A DNA stretch of 64,000 bases from Planctomycetota bacterium (GCA_038318565.1 JBBQCI010000001.1:42724-106723), one strand, 5' to 3'; counted from the first letter of the stretch, positions 33,628 through 44,146 are shown. Numbers and translations: made by a program. The notes: generated by a model from the sequence alone, not told the origin.

Positions 33628-34527
33628 TCAGCGCGCCCGACCCTGCTCGATCACCCGCAGGGCATCTGCCGCGGCCAAACCAACTCGGATGGTGACGGCC
33701 GGGCCTTCGCGCGACATCTTGGCATTCTGGATGGCTGTCAGCAGGGATGGGTCCAGGTGGTCCGGACGCTGTAGCTGAACCAGGGCGACCAGGCCGCGGC
33801 CGGCATCGAGCAACTGCTGCGCAGCCGCCTCGCTGGCCGCTATCGCACGCCCCTCGACCACGAGATCCGTGCCCTCTTCGACGATGCGTACCGACAACGA
33901 ACGTACATTGCGCAGCATGGCTGATTCCGGTTTACCCGCCGCGAGGTCGGCGATCTGTTCGGCTGCGCCTAGCATCAAGGCCGACTTCTCCCAGCCCGCT
34001 GGGGTGACGATGCCGCTGACCTCATCCCTTCCGACATCAACCGCCGCGATCAGATCGCGGATGCGGGTGCTGGTCTTGGCAAGCACCAGCAAATCTGAAG
34101 CAACCAGGCAGCCTGCCGCCGGCTTGCCCTTATCGAGCCAAGTGTGGATGGTGCGGGAACCGACGGGCAGGGCGAGGTGGCCATCGGCTGCCTGCGCCAC
34201 CATCTCAATGCGGGCAGCATCGAAGGTGCCGCGAACCAACACCAGACCCGTATCGTCGTCAGCACCGACTCCACACAGCGTGACCGAACGGATGTCGCGC
34301 CTCAGATCCAGTCCGCTGATCGCCTGAAGCATCTGCAAGCGTGCCGCATGGGGTTGCTTGACCATCTGCTGGCCGATCCATTCGCCGACCTTGGACTTGA
34401 ATATGGCCTGGGCATCGATCTGGACAAGCCACTGGCAATCAGCGGGAATCCGCTCGACTGACGATAAAAGGGTGCAGGACAGAACGAGGATGCAGATGAA
34501 GAGGCGAGTCATGATTGATCTCCGCAT
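33628..34527 (-). CDS. hypothetical secreted protein, first gene of the ECF sigma operon
   Basis: It has a signal peptide MTRLFICILVLSCTLLSSV and a roughly 280-aa domain with no recognised family. Its stop lies 2 bp before the sigma factor start. Confidence 0.45.
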   Translation of the reverse strand: MRRSIMTRLFICILVLSCTLLSSVERIPADCQWLVQIDAQAIFKSKVGEWIGQQMVKQPHAARLQMLQAISGLDLRRDIRSVTLCGVGADDDTGLVLVRGTFDAARIEMVAQAADGHLALPVGSRTIHTWLDKGKPAAGCLVASDLLVLAKTSTRIRDLIAAVDVGRDEVSGIVTPAGWEKSALMLGAAEQIADLAAGKPESAMLRNVRSLSVRIVEEGTDLVVEGRAIAASEAAAQQLLDAGRGLVALVQLQRPDHLDPSLLTAIQNAKMSREGPAVTIRVGLAAADALRVIEQGRAR

Positions 34528-34631
34528 CTTCTACCTGATTACAAGCGAAGCGTTACCGGAAACCCAGGATGTCCTATTTGCAGGTCAATTCTGGGCAACC
34601 GTGCAGCAGAGTGTTCTCTACGTACCCGCTA

Positions 34632-36503
34632 TCACTCGTCGTCGTCAACCGGCAGGAGTTTGGCACGTAGCTGTCCGCTCCGATCGGACGTACCGTAATA
34701 CGTCAATTGGGGGGAGAAGTAGAGCCGACCTGGACCGACCATGATCCCACAGTTCTTCTTCTCTCCGTTGTCCACCCAGGCCATCAGTGCCCCCATGTTG
34801 GATCCACCAGACGAATACATGTAGGAGGATGTCATCGTCGTGCCATTCATCGTATAGGTGTAGGTGCGGACGTATCCCTTCCACCCGAAGGACTTTTTGC
34901 CCCCGTCGCTGTACCAACTCGACAGATCGAAGGTCCATTGATCGGTCGGTTGCGGGACGACGCGGATACGCTCGCCAGCAGCCAGGGCGACACCCGAGTC
35001 GGTTCGGTCAGTGCGGGCTGGTATGACCACAATCTTGCCCTTGAGCTTGTCCCACTGGCTGGCAGTCAACGCCTCCCAGTCGACGCTGTCCGGATCCAGG
35101 GGCAGCAACTTGTCGATCTCCACGATGCGCTTGGCCACTCGATCCTTGGAGATGCCCTCGAGACCGCCAACGACGCTCTGGTACCAGGTCATGGAACGGG
35201 CCATGCAGCCGGTTTTGTCCTCTTTGGACTTGGCCGACTTCCCCACGTCATACCAGGCATCGGCGACCTGCATCTGCTCCTGGGCGTTGGTGGGGTGGTC
35301 GATCTCCATCTGAGCGACCTTGGCGATCGCCGGATCACCACCACGGGCAAGCAACGGAAAGCCCTCAGTCCAGCGCCGGGCAGTAAATGCGAACCAGCGC
35401 CCAGCGGCGAGGTTCGCTGCCGGATCACCTGGCGTATCCAACAGCTTGGCGATAGCGGTCGCTGTCGCCTTCCCACTCATCTTTTTTAGTGCCGCCTTCT
35501 TCTCGGCAATCGCATCATAGCCAGTGTAGGTCAACGCCATCTGATCGACTGCATCGAGCAGCGGTTCGTAATCCTCGGATTCGATGGCCAGCCTGATGGA
35601 TTCGCTGAGCATCTGTTGGTAGATCGCTGGATCGTTCTTGTTCTTCCCCGATTCCGCGAGGAGCTTGCGCGACAACTTGCGCTTCGACGCGGGGTCCTTC
35701 TTGGCATACGACTTGGCATAACTCTGCTTCACCGCCGCCAGAGCGTCCTTCTGAGCACTGGCCGACGGCAGGGGAGTCTCGCCAGGCTTGGTCGAGCCAG
35801 GCTTGGTGAATCGGGTGGCTCGGGCAGCCTCTGCTGCGTCCTGAGCCGCCTTGATCATTGCCTGCTGGGCTGCCAAAGCGCGCTTGTTCGCCTCGGTGCC
35901 TGATGCCTCGCCTGGGAAGCGCTCTGCGACTTCCAAAAAACGGATGGCAATCTGCAGGTGGTTGTCTGGGTTGGCAGAGGCGAATTTCTCTGCCCGGGCA
36001 AGATAGGTGGGGGCTTCCTTGGCGTCCGGCGTCACTGAACTGACAGCCTCAAGCTGAGCCATAGCCAACTTGCCATCCTCACCTTTGCGCGCGACGTAGT
36101 CCTTCAGTGCGTCCATATCCATCTGCTTCTTGCACCAGTACAGATTTGACTGCACCGCGGAGATGTCCTCGACGCTGCCGCTGGCCACCAGCAGTTTGCG
36201 CGCCTTTCCGAAACAGATCGCCGCGTCGACCACAGCGTTGGGGTTCTGCGCCTTGTTGTCGTTGAATTGACGAACCAGATCCATGCCTTCGCGGACCATC
36301 GTGTTGGCTTGGGCATTGGCCATGCGAGCCGCCGAGTCGCTTCCCTCGACAGGTGCTTCTGCCGGTGCGGTGGCGGCTGGAGCAGGATGCGGGGCGGTCC
36401 CGCCGATATCGCCCGCGGGATCGCCCTCAGCGGCAGATAATACGGAAAATGTCAGGGCAAAAGAAATGAAGAACTGGGAACAGGTTGGGGTGGGCATGGC
36501 CAT
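34632..36503 (-). CDS. hypothetical secreted protein: helical repeat region plus a C-terminal beta-sandwich, possibly a PA-IL/LecA-like lectin fold
   Basis: It has a signal peptide MAMPTPTCSQFFISFALTFSVLSAAEG and an N-terminal Ala/Lys-rich helical (TPR-like) region. The C-terminal roughly 130 aa (GERIRVVP...GWKGY...GALMAWVDNGEKKNCGIMVGPG...YGTSDRSGQL) loosely resemble the LecA pattern GALVMKIGNSG...NNSGSF. Confidence 0.5.
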   Translation of the reverse strand: MAMPTPTCSQFFISFALTFSVLSAAEGDPAGDIGGTAPHPAPAATAPAEAPVEGSDSAARMANAQANTMVREGMDLVRQFNDNKAQNPNAVVDAAICFGKARKLLVASGSVEDISAVQSNLYWCKKQMDMDALKDYVARKGEDGKLAMAQLEAVSSVTPDAKEAPTYLARAEKFASANPDNHLQIAIRFLEVAERFPGEASGTEANKRALAAQQAMIKAAQDAAEAARATRFTKPGSTKPGETPLPSASAQKDALAAVKQSYAKSYAKKDPASKRKLSRKLLAESGKNKNDPAIYQQMLSESIRLAIESEDYEPLLDAVDQMALTYTGYDAIAEKKAALKKMSGKATATAIAKLLDTPGDPAANLAAGRWFAFTARRWTEGFPLLARGGDPAIAKVAQMEIDHPTNAQEQMQVADAWYDVGKSAKSKEDKTGCMARSMTWYQSVVGGLEGISKDRVAKRIVEIDKLLPLDPDSVDWEALTASQWDKLKGKIVVIPARTDRTDSGVALAAGERIRVVPQPTDQWTFDLSSWYSDGGKKSFGWKGYVRTYTYTMNGTTMTSSYMYSSGGSNMGALMAWVDNGEKKNCGIMVGPGRLYFSPQLTYYGTSDRSGQLRAKLLPVDDDE

Positions 36504-36567
36504 GACGGCACTTTGTGTGCCATGCAGCCTGGAAGTCCAGCGGCAACCGTGTCATGAAATCAGGACA

Positions 36568-37614
36568 CTAGCGTCCTGCGTCCCGCGATCTATGTCCGCC
36601 GCCAATTCCCGCCAACCGACGGTAGTACTTACGCACCAGTTGGTTGCACGGCGCAACCAGATAGCCCGCCGCCAGCGTCTGATAGACGTGCTGGCGCCTG
36701 ATCTTCACCTTGTGGGATGGATCGAGCAACCGCGGGTCATTGGCTGCGAGCGTCAGCGTCCGGACGGCGAAGTACAACGGGGCAAGACAGAATAGCCGAA
36801 TACGGTAGTCGTAAGCGGGCAGCTCCAGGCAGTATTGTAACGCCCCATCGAGATGCCCGCGCGCCTTCATGATCATCCGCACCATCGTCTCCTTGGCCTG
36901 CGCCTGGTGTTGCTCCGACAGCAGGTCCTCCGGCTGGAAGCCGCTAGGAGTACAGAACTCGCGCGGAACAAACGACCAACCACGCGCACGATCGTCAGCC
37001 ACGTCCTTGATGATGTTGACCAACTGGAGACCCAAGCCGAATTCACCGGCACTTGCCTTCAGCCGGTCGTAACGCTGCCGGTCGATGCGCGGCGAGTGGA
37101 TGCGGAACAGTTCGGTCAGGAGATGACCCACCGTTCCTGCGACATACCAGCAGTATCGATCAAGATCAGCGGTGCGCTCCAGGGCTTGAAATGTCCCAGG
37201 ACTGGGCTGCAGTCCAGCGAACCACGCCATCCCCTCGCACATCTCCTGGACCCACGGCCTGATCGCCCTGCGCACATCAGCAGGGAAGGCCCGGAACTCA
37301 CGCAGCGTGCGGAGGGCGTCCCGAGTCAGCAGTTCATCCGCCGTCGCAGGCTGGGTGAAGGTATGGTCGAGCTCAGCGTCGCCGGTCGCTCCCTCATCCA
37401 GGCATGAACGAAATCCTGCGAGTAGGCTCTGCTTTTCGGCACACCGGAGCCGGGCACAGTCTTCGACCGTATCGGCGATACGGCACAAGAGATAGGCCAC
37501 CAGCACCCGATGTTGCAGCGGTTGCGGCAGCAGTCCGATGCAGGCCGCGAACGTCCGCGATACCTGAGGCAGCATGGCGATACAGAAGTCCCGGTCGGCC
37601 GCCGCCTCGGTCAT
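36568..37614 (-). CDS. squalene/phytoene synthase family protein (HpnC/HpnD-like, hopanoid-associated)
   Basis: It has the trans-isoprenyl diphosphate synthase head-to-head fold. The sequence reads MLPQVSRTFAACIGLLPQPLQHRVLVAYLLCRIADTVEDC...YCWYVAGTVGHLLTELF, with Asp-rich motifs. Confidence 0.7.
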   Translation of the reverse strand: MTEAAADRDFCIAMLPQVSRTFAACIGLLPQPLQHRVLVAYLLCRIADTVEDCARLRCAEKQSLLAGFRSCLDEGATGDAELDHTFTQPATADELLTRDALRTLREFRAFPADVRRAIRPWVQEMCEGMAWFAGLQPSPGTFQALERTADLDRYCWYVAGTVGHLLTELFRIHSPRIDRQRYDRLKASAGEFGLGLQLVNIIKDVADDRARGWSFVPREFCTPSGFQPEDLLSEQHQAQAKETMVRMIMKARGHLDGALQYCLELPAYDYRIRLFCLAPLYFAVRTLTLAANDPRLLDPSHKVKIRRQHVYQTLAAGYLVAPCNQLVRKYYRRLAGIGGGHRSRDAGR

Positions 37615-38531
37615 CAGCGGATCCCCTCTGGAGGAGCCTTGGTCTCTATTGACGGGGTATTCGCACGCGTTTCACCTTCAACCAAAGGCCACAATTGCCG
37701 GCCATAGGGATTGGTCACGTGGGTCAGGTTGAGGATCAGTCCGGCATCAAGCAATTCCTGCTGGTGCACCGCACCACGTGCGTCGCAACGTAGCAGTGCA
37801 AAGCGACGTCCATCGACCTGCATCTCAACCTCCAGCAACTCGGCATTGCCGGCAGCTGTCCGACGCATCCCTTTGCCGAGCACCGTAAAGACGGCGTCCT
37901 TGGTCGACAGGCGCATGCTGATCGGATCCAAACTGGATATGCGGTTTTTGAAACGACCCCCAGGCTTCAGCCCTGGGGGTAGATTGGCCGACAGTTCGCT
38001 ACCACTCAACTGTTCTGGGCGAACCTCGGGAATTACGCGGACCCCCTCCGTACCTGCCGCCTTCCAGGTCAGCCGCAGACCACGATGGTCGACCGGCCCT
38101 TCGGCACTGAACACTTGGCCAAACACGTTGCCGGAAACTTCAATGGCACGTAACCGCATATTGGCATCCAGCATCTCCTCGAGGCGCAAACGTATGCCGG
38201 CCTTGGCTGGCCCACCCATCGCCTGGCGCAGCATGCGTTCGCCCGGAAGAAACCTGGTGTTGTCGAGATCCAGCTGGGTCTCCAGCTTGACTCCCACATC
38301 GTCGGTCAGCGCCGCCAGCGAACAGCTGCCGACCTTCATGGCCGCATGGGTCGGCTGCGGGCGCCACAGGATGTCGTAGTGCTGGACCTTGCCAATGCGG
38401 GCCGCCAACGCGGATTTCGCATCGGTCTGCTGGCCCATCCCGAGATCCGGCAGGGTGTGACGTACGACGTACCAGCCGGTGACAGACAGCCAGGCGGCAA
38501 GCAGGCCGATGCGGATGATGTTGCCGAACAT
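37614..38531 (-). CDS. hypothetical signal-anchored protein
   Basis: N-terminal TM helix IIRIGLLAAWLSVTGWYVV. 305 aa. Its stop overlaps the hpn-like gene start. No family recognised. Confidence 0.4.
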   Translation of the reverse strand: MFGNIIRIGLLAAWLSVTGWYVVRHTLPDLGMGQQTDAKSALAARIGKVQHYDILWRPQPTHAAMKVGSCSLAALTDDVGVKLETQLDLDNTRFLPGERMLRQAMGGPAKAGIRLRLEEMLDANMRLRAIEVSGNVFGQVFSAEGPVDHRGLRLTWKAAGTEGVRVIPEVRPEQLSGSELSANLPPGLKPGGRFKNRISSLDPISMRLSTKDAVFTVLGKGMRRTAAGNAELLEVEMQVDGRRFALLRCDARGAVHQQELLDAGLILNLTHVTNPYGRQLWPLVEGETRANTPSIETKAPPEGIR

Positions 38532-38534
38532 GAA

Positions 38535-40715
38535 CTAGAATCCGTAGGATTTCAGCACGGGATCACGAACATCCTTCTCGTCTCCACCGAAAACGAAAGT
38601 CGCCGAGATGCGATTATCGACACTTCCCTGGGTGGGATCAAAGGCGTTCTCGTAGGATACGGCGGCTATGCCATCGATCATACGACGGGCCACGCCGAGG
38701 TGCCAGGTATCCAAGTTGCGTCCACCCGAACGCGCCTCGCTGCCCGGACGTACCTCACCCCAGGTATCCAGACGGTAGCGGTTGAGATAGAGCGCACCGC
38801 CCGCTCGGTGCAGCCAAGTGTCGCCGGTGGAGATCGTAGGCGGGACATAGGCACCATTATACAGCAACTCGACCCGTTCCGCCACCCGCCAACGTCCACG
38901 GGCATCGAAGCTGCTCCACCTAGCCAGTCTGGCGTCCCATACGCCATCCGCCACCGTGTCGACATCACGATGCGGTGATCCGCGTGCGCGGAAGGTGAGG
39001 TCGGCCAAGGACGAAGCGGAGGACCGCACGGACCCGTCGACTTCGACTGCCTCCTGGTCGACCTGACGGATTCCCCAACGGGCGACAACTTCGGCACTGC
39101 AGGAAACGCTGCCGACGTGAAGTTCACCGTCCAAACCGGTCAGAAAGTAGTGCCGGTCGCTATCCGGTGTGTCCACTCCATCGCCGAAATCATATCCTGG
39201 GTTGCCTGAGCCACGCGCTGTGCCCAGGACTTCGACTCCCAGGCGCGGGGTCAGCATGCCGGACGTTGTCTCGCCGGTGGCAAGCAGCCTCACGCGGATG
39301 CCGGCTTCGCCGACTGGGATGGTGATGCTCTCGCTGCCTAGTTCATTCACGCCCGAGATGCGACCATCGCTGTAGACCACGCCACGGCCACCGGCACTGA
39401 CGTCGAATCCCACGCCCCCGACCCACTTGACCATCTCCATCCGGCTCTCCCAGCTCACCCGAGTGGCCTCAGTGTCCTGCGCCTCCTGGCTAAGGCGTTC
39501 AGCACGGATTCGTCCGTCAACCGCCCAAGGACCGACGAGCCCAAGCCTGGGCAGGGTGATGTCCGCACCGAGCAGCCTTTCGGTCTCATCGATCTGGTTG
39601 TTCGGACGCCGCTCGATGTCGGCCATGAAGGCCAGGAACGGGGTGACCCAGGCGCCGTTCAAGCCGCGGCGCGCGAACGGTTGCTCCTCCAACGCTCGTT
39701 TCTGGTAGTCGGCCCGAAAGCGCTCATCCGGGCTACGCCCGTCGGGTAGCGTTGCCGACTCATCGGCATCCGGCAGGACGGTGTAGCGGCCTGCAGCGGC
39801 CCAACCGCGGCCGGCAACGTAATGGGCGGCATCCCAGGAGTTGACATCGCGCTCGCCGCCCTGCTGGGACTGGTCGGCCGGATCGGCGACGCGTTCGCGA
39901 TACATCCGATAGATTGAGGCATTGCCCCGACCGTAGGTCTCGTTCTTCCAGATCAGTTCCGCGCCGAATCCATTGCCAGCCCGAGTATAGCGGTCAGCGC
40001 GCCCCTGGATTCGGGTGTGCCAGCCGGTGAACTCGGGCAGATTGCTGCCGACCTGGTAGCGCAGGAATGCACCCAGCCGGTTGGTTTGGCCGACCTCCAC
40101 AGTGGACCACGGATAGTCGAGGACGTAGTCGCGGTAGAGATAGGGGAACCACAGCACCGGCACCCCAGCCATCTCAACCGTCGGACGCACGGCGGCGATA
40201 CCCTCGACATAACGATCGATCTGGTTTGCGCCCTTGTCCATCCGCTGCTCTTCGCGGATGTACACGTGCAGACGCGGGCAATGGAGCGACATCGTGCCAC
40301 CATGGCCGAAGTCGCCGACGACGTCATGGAAAGTCAGTCGATCTGGACGCAGCTCGACCCGCGCTGCCGTGATGCGCAGGCGGCGTTTGTCCTTCTCGAT
40401 CCAGGCCTCGACCCCCCAGGCGTCCCCAGTGCGTGCCTCGGTACGCATGCCCAGCTTGTCCGCATGGAGCCGCACTGACGGCATGACGAATACGACACCA
40501 CCAGTGGCGAAGAGGCTGTCGTTGTGCTGATCCCAGCGCAAGGCCTCGCCGGTCAGCAGCCAATCGCCACGGCGGGCGACGAAGCCTTGTCCGGCGATAG
40601 TGATGATGCCGCCTTCGCCCAACTGGGTGTTCGCCCCGGGCGCCTCGATGACGAGGGACTCACCAGCCTGGACAGATGCCAGGGCCAGCAACAGAGGCGC
40701 GCAGCGGAGAAGCAC
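38535..40715 (-). CDS. LptD/OstA-like outer-membrane beta-barrel protein
   Basis: It has a signal peptide MLLRCAPLLLALASVQA and an N-terminal OstA-like beta-jellyroll (repeated gap-containing strands ...LTGEALRWDQHNDSLFATGGVVFV...). A roughly 550-aa aromatic-rich barrel ends with the terminal motif LKSYGF. Confidence 0.5.
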   Translation of the reverse strand: MLLRCAPLLLALASVQAGESLVIEAPGANTQLGEGGIITIAGQGFVARRGDWLLTGEALRWDQHNDSLFATGGVVFVMPSVRLHADKLGMRTEARTGDAWGVEAWIEKDKRRLRITAARVELRPDRLTFHDVVGDFGHGGTMSLHCPRLHVYIREEQRMDKGANQIDRYVEGIAAVRPTVEMAGVPVLWFPYLYRDYVLDYPWSTVEVGQTNRLGAFLRYQVGSNLPEFTGWHTRIQGRADRYTRAGNGFGAELIWKNETYGRGNASIYRMYRERVADPADQSQQGGERDVNSWDAAHYVAGRGWAAAGRYTVLPDADESATLPDGRSPDERFRADYQKRALEEQPFARRGLNGAWVTPFLAFMADIERRPNNQIDETERLLGADITLPRLGLVGPWAVDGRIRAERLSQEAQDTEATRVSWESRMEMVKWVGGVGFDVSAGGRGVVYSDGRISGVNELGSESITIPVGEAGIRVRLLATGETTSGMLTPRLGVEVLGTARGSGNPGYDFGDGVDTPDSDRHYFLTGLDGELHVGSVSCSAEVVARWGIRQVDQEAVEVDGSVRSSASSLADLTFRARGSPHRDVDTVADGVWDARLARWSSFDARGRWRVAERVELLYNGAYVPPTISTGDTWLHRAGGALYLNRYRLDTWGEVRPGSEARSGGRNLDTWHLGVARRMIDGIAAVSYENAFDPTQGSVDNRISATFVFGGDEKDVRDPVLKSYGF

Positions 40716-40874
40716 CCCCGCATAGTGGGCGGGCGCACGAACCCGCCAGAGGCAGGCTGCCGTGGGTCCGGAATGCGAAGACGGAACGCCCCTAATGAAA
40801 ATGCCGTTCGCTACGACTCTGCGTCATTCCAGGCATCACGTAACCAGCTCTCGACCGCGGCCCTTGGATGGCGT

Positions 40875-42059
40875 TCAGACCGTGACCATTCCAGCCGTAT
40901 CAAGGGCGATGACCAGTTCCTCGTTGGTCGGCACAACCAGGGCAGGAATACTGCCGTCCGTGGTGATGCGCCCGTTCCAATCCCGACCATGCGCCGCGTT
41001 GCGCTGTGGATCCAACACCAGCCCGAGGACACGCAGGTGGCCGATCACCCTGGCGCGCACCTGCACAGAGTTTTCCCCGATTCCGCCGGTAAAGGCTATA
41101 GCGTCGATACGCCCCAGCGGCACAGCCAGAGCGGCCAGACTCTTGGCCAGGCGGTAGCAGAATACCTCGACGGCCAGGGCGGCGCGCTCGTTACCCTTGT
41201 CGACCTCGGCAAGCAGCGTGCGCATGTCGTTACTCGCCCCGGACAGACCCAAGAGCCCGCTCTGCTTGTTAAGGATATCGGTGACTTGGGCGGCATTCTT
41301 ACCCAAGCGCTCGCCCATGAAGGCGATCAGGGCGGGATCAATGTCGCCAGATCGGGTGCCCATTACCAAGCCTTCCAGCGGCGTCAGACCCATCGTCGTA
41401 TCAACGCTGATGCCGTTGCGGATCGCGGTGGCGCTGCAGCCGTTGCCGAGGTGGGCGACGATGACGGCGTGGTCGTCACCACGGAGGTTGAGCATCCCGA
41501 CCGTGCGGGCACTGACGTACCGGTGGCTGGTGCCGTGGAAACCGTACTTCCGCACCGCGTGCTGCTCGTACCAGGCGTACGGCACGGCATACATGTAGGC
41601 TTGGCGTGGCATGGTCTGATGGAACGCGGTATCGAACACCGCGACCTGTCGCAGTCCTGGAAAGAGCTCTTTGCAGATACGGATCCCAAGTAGGTTCGGA
41701 GGATTGTGCAACGGTCCCAAGGCAAAGCAGGATTCGATGCCCTGCTCGACCTGTTCATCGATCACTACCGAGGCAGAGAACAATTGACCGCCATGCACCA
41801 CCCGGTGGCCGATGCCGGCGATACCGGATGCCAGCCCACGCGCCTTGAGGCCCTCGTAGACCTCACGCATGGCCTTGGCGTGGTCCCCCCCTGGGATGAC
41901 ATCCTCGTACTTCCGTCCTGTGGCATCCTTCCAGACGATCGAGGCCTCTGGCGAGCCCAGTCGCTGAGCCAGTCCGTTGACCACCTCAGATCGTGCCGCC
42001 GGGTCGATCACCGCGAACTTCAGGGACGACGAACCGCAGTTGATGACGAGGATATGCAT
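40875..42059 (-). CDS. ackA: acetate kinase
   Basis: The N-terminus is MHILVINCGSSSLKFAVID. Motifs HRVVHGG and HLGNGCS are present. 394 aa. Confidence 0.9.
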   Translation of the reverse strand: MHILVINCGSSSLKFAVIDPAARSEVVNGLAQRLGSPEASIVWKDATGRKYEDVIPGGDHAKAMREVYEGLKARGLASGIAGIGHRVVHGGQLFSASVVIDEQVEQGIESCFALGPLHNPPNLLGIRICKELFPGLRQVAVFDTAFHQTMPRQAYMYAVPYAWYEQHAVRKYGFHGTSHRYVSARTVGMLNLRGDDHAVIVAHLGNGCSATAIRNGISVDTTMGLTPLEGLVMGTRSGDIDPALIAFMGERLGKNAAQVTDILNKQSGLLGLSGASNDMRTLLAEVDKGNERAALAVEVFCYRLAKSLAALAVPLGRIDAIAFTGGIGENSVQVRARVIGHLRVLGLVLDPQRNAAHGRDWNGRITTDGSIPALVVPTNEELVIALDTAGMVTV

Positions 42060-42163
42060 GGTCCTGGTAGCCTAACGACCGGGACGCGATGCGGAAGGCG
42101 TTGGCGGACGCATGTACAAGGCGCCGTCCGTTGCATGGATGGATGCGCCTGAACGTCGCGAAC

Positions 42164-42748
42164 CTAGACGATCTGCATAAGGTGGTCGAGACGCAGCTGA
42201 CGCAGCTGGGTGGCAACTTGAGACTTGGCCCGGAACACCTTCACCGGAACGGGCTTGGCCGATTGCACGACCTGCAACATCCAGGCGATCATTACCGAAT
42301 TGATCTGATTCAGACGGCTACAGTCGATGACCACCGCGACGGCATCCACGCCAGAGACCCACTGATGAAAGCACGGCTGGCCGAAACCAGTGCTGCGGTC
42401 GAGCACCGCACTGACCTCGATGACGATCTCCTGGTCGACTGCGTGGACCACGAAGGGCATCTGTTCGAGTTCGCGGCGTTCTTCACTGGTGGGTTCCAGG
42501 CCCAGCTTGGACCCCAGACCCAGTACGAGCAAGGCGCGTCGCAGCTGCGGCCGCAATCCACCAAATCGTACTCCCTCCGACTGCTGGAGGGCTGTGAAAC
42601 AAGCGGCAGGCAGACGGTCGACGGTCGATGCCTGGATCGCCGCAATGCGCGAGGATGCAATCAAGCCAGCAAGCCGCTGCGGGTCCGCCGGAGCGCTCAG
42701 CCAGCTTGACAAAGCGGCAGCAGGAGCTGGACAGGTTCCCTCAGTCAT
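42164..42748 (-). CDS. STAS-domain protein (anti-sigma-factor antagonist-like); the N-terminal about 95 aa are of uncertain reality
   Basis: The C-terminal roughly 100 aa (MPFVVHAVDQEIVIEVSAVLD...AVAVVIDCSRLNQINSVMIAWMLQVV) match the SpoIIAA/STAS pattern. The true start may be the internal ATG at 42460. Confidence 0.45.
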   Translation of the reverse strand: MTEGTCPAPAAALSSWLSAPADPQRLAGLIASSRIAAIQASTVDRLPAACFTALQQSEGVRFGGLRPQLRRALLVLGLGSKLGLEPTSEERRELEQMPFVVHAVDQEIVIEVSAVLDRSTGFGQPCFHQWVSGVDAVAVVIDCSRLNQINSVMIAWMLQVVQSAKPVPVKVFRAKSQVATQLRQLRLDHLMQIV

Positions 42749-42778
42749 GGAGCGACCTTAGCGGTCCCGGGGAATCCC

Positions 42779-44146
42779 TCAAGGGTCCGGATTGGCAGGC
42801 GCATCGAGGGCCTGACGCTGCAGCAGATGGTAATAGCGCCGGCAGAAGCGGTGGGCCTCGTCCCGGACATATTGCAGCAGCCGCAGTCCAGCGTCCCGGC
42901 GCGGAAGCCTGATCGATCGGCCACCAGGCACGACGATGGTCTCTTCGCGTTTGGCCAGACCGACGATCGCCGGCAGGACTACGCCTTCGGCCTCCAAGGC
43001 AGCCAAGGCGGCATTGAGCTGGCCGAGTCCACCGTCGATCAGGACCAGATCGGGGAGCGGCTGCCCCTCGTCACGCAATCGCCGGTAGCGCCGGCCGACC
43101 ACCTCCCGCATCGAGGCGAAGTCGTCATTGCGGGCCATGTCGATCGCACCTTTGACACGGAAGCGACGATAGCCGTCCTTGTTCGGTACGCCGTTCACAA
43201 ACTGGACCAGCGAAGCGACCACATGCTGGCCCTGCAGGTGGGCGATGTCAAAACCTTCGATGGTGCGAGCAGGTCCGGCCAGGCCGAGATGCGTCTGCAG
43301 CGCCAGTACCCCGGCACCGATGTCGATGACCGGGGCTGCCGGCTCGCGATAGTCAGACAGCTTGCCACGTTCCTTGAGGCGTCCGAGCGCTTCAATCTGA
43401 TCACGAATGCGGGCGGCATCTTCGAAACGTAATTCCTTGGCGACGGTGACCATGCGCTCCCGTAGGCCCGCGATCAACGATCCCTTTGCCCCACGACCAG
43501 TGACAAAGGCACGCATGGCGCGGATATCCTCGCCGTACGCGGCGGCATCGATACGCGTCGTGCACGGCGCACTGCATCGTTTGATATGCCAGTTGAGGCA
43601 GGCCGCGAAATGGCGCCGGCCAGGATCGTTCTCGCGGATATCGAGGTCGCAGGTACGGAAACGGAAGGCGCGCTGCAGGAAGTGATAGGCTCGTTGCAAC
43701 TCACCGGCATTGGTGAACGGTCCGAGTAGGTCAGCCCCAGTCTGGTTATGATCCCGGGTGATGAATACTTTGGGGAATTCCTCGCGCGTCACAGCAAGCA
43801 GTGGGTAGTTCTTGCCATCCTTCAGCAGCACGTTGAAGCGCGGCTGAAGGTCCTTAATAAGCTGATTCTCCAGCAGAAGCGCCTCGACCTCGGAGTCGGT
43901 CACCAGCCACTCGAGGTCGACCGACTCCTGCAACATGCGCAGGGTTCGGGTCGGGTGGTCCGCCAGCCGTTGGATGTAGCTAGCCACCCGACGGCGCAGG
44001 TGCTTGGCCTTCCCAACATAGATCACGCGGCCTTCCGCGTCCTTCCAGAGGTAACATCCGGGGTCGTCAGGGACCTTGCAGACCTTCGCAGCCAAGGCTG
44101 CGAAGGGCCCGGCATCCGTCTCCGGATGTCCGGCATGTTCTTTCAC
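42779..44146 (-). CDS. uvrC: excinuclease ABC subunit C homolog, short form lacking the C-terminal (HhH)2 domain
   Basis: The GIY-YIG motif is CYLWKDAEGRVIYVGKAKHLRRRVASY. The UvrBC region and the RNase-H-like endonuclease region (DLVLIDGGLGQLNAA...VGLAKREE) are present. It is 455 aa, about 150 aa shorter than a canonical UvrC. Confidence 0.75.
   Translation of the reverse strand: MKEHAGHPETDAGPFAALAAKVCKVPDDPGCYLWKDAEGRVIYVGKAKHLRRRVASYIQRLADHPTRTLRMLQESVDLEWLVTDSEVEALLLENQLIKDLQPRFNVLLKDGKNYPLLAVTREEFPKVFITRDHNQTGADLLGPFTNAGELQRAYHFLQRAFRFRTCDLDIRENDPGRRHFAACLNWHIKRCSAPCTTRIDAAAYGEDIRAMRAFVTGRGAKGSLIAGLRERMVTVAKELRFEDAARIRDQIEALGRLKERGKLSDYREPAAPVIDIGAGVLALQTHLGLAGPARTIEGFDIAHLQGQHVVASLVQFVNGVPNKDGYRRFRVKGAIDMARNDDFASMREVVGRRYRRLRDEGQPLPDLVLIDGGLGQLNAALAALEAEGVVLPAIVGLAKREETIVVPGGRSIRLPRRDAGLRLLQYVRDEAHRFCRRYYHLLQRQALDAPANPDP

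Noticed and set aside
40524-41693. A 389-aa plus-strand ORF overlapping ackA
   Set aside because: It is antisense to the unmistakable acetate kinase gene.
42121-42140. A sigma-54 promoter suggested by the TTGCA core within the shared 14-mer
   Set aside because: The required GGCAC element 5 nt upstream is absent. The motif is also oriented opposite to the downstream genes.
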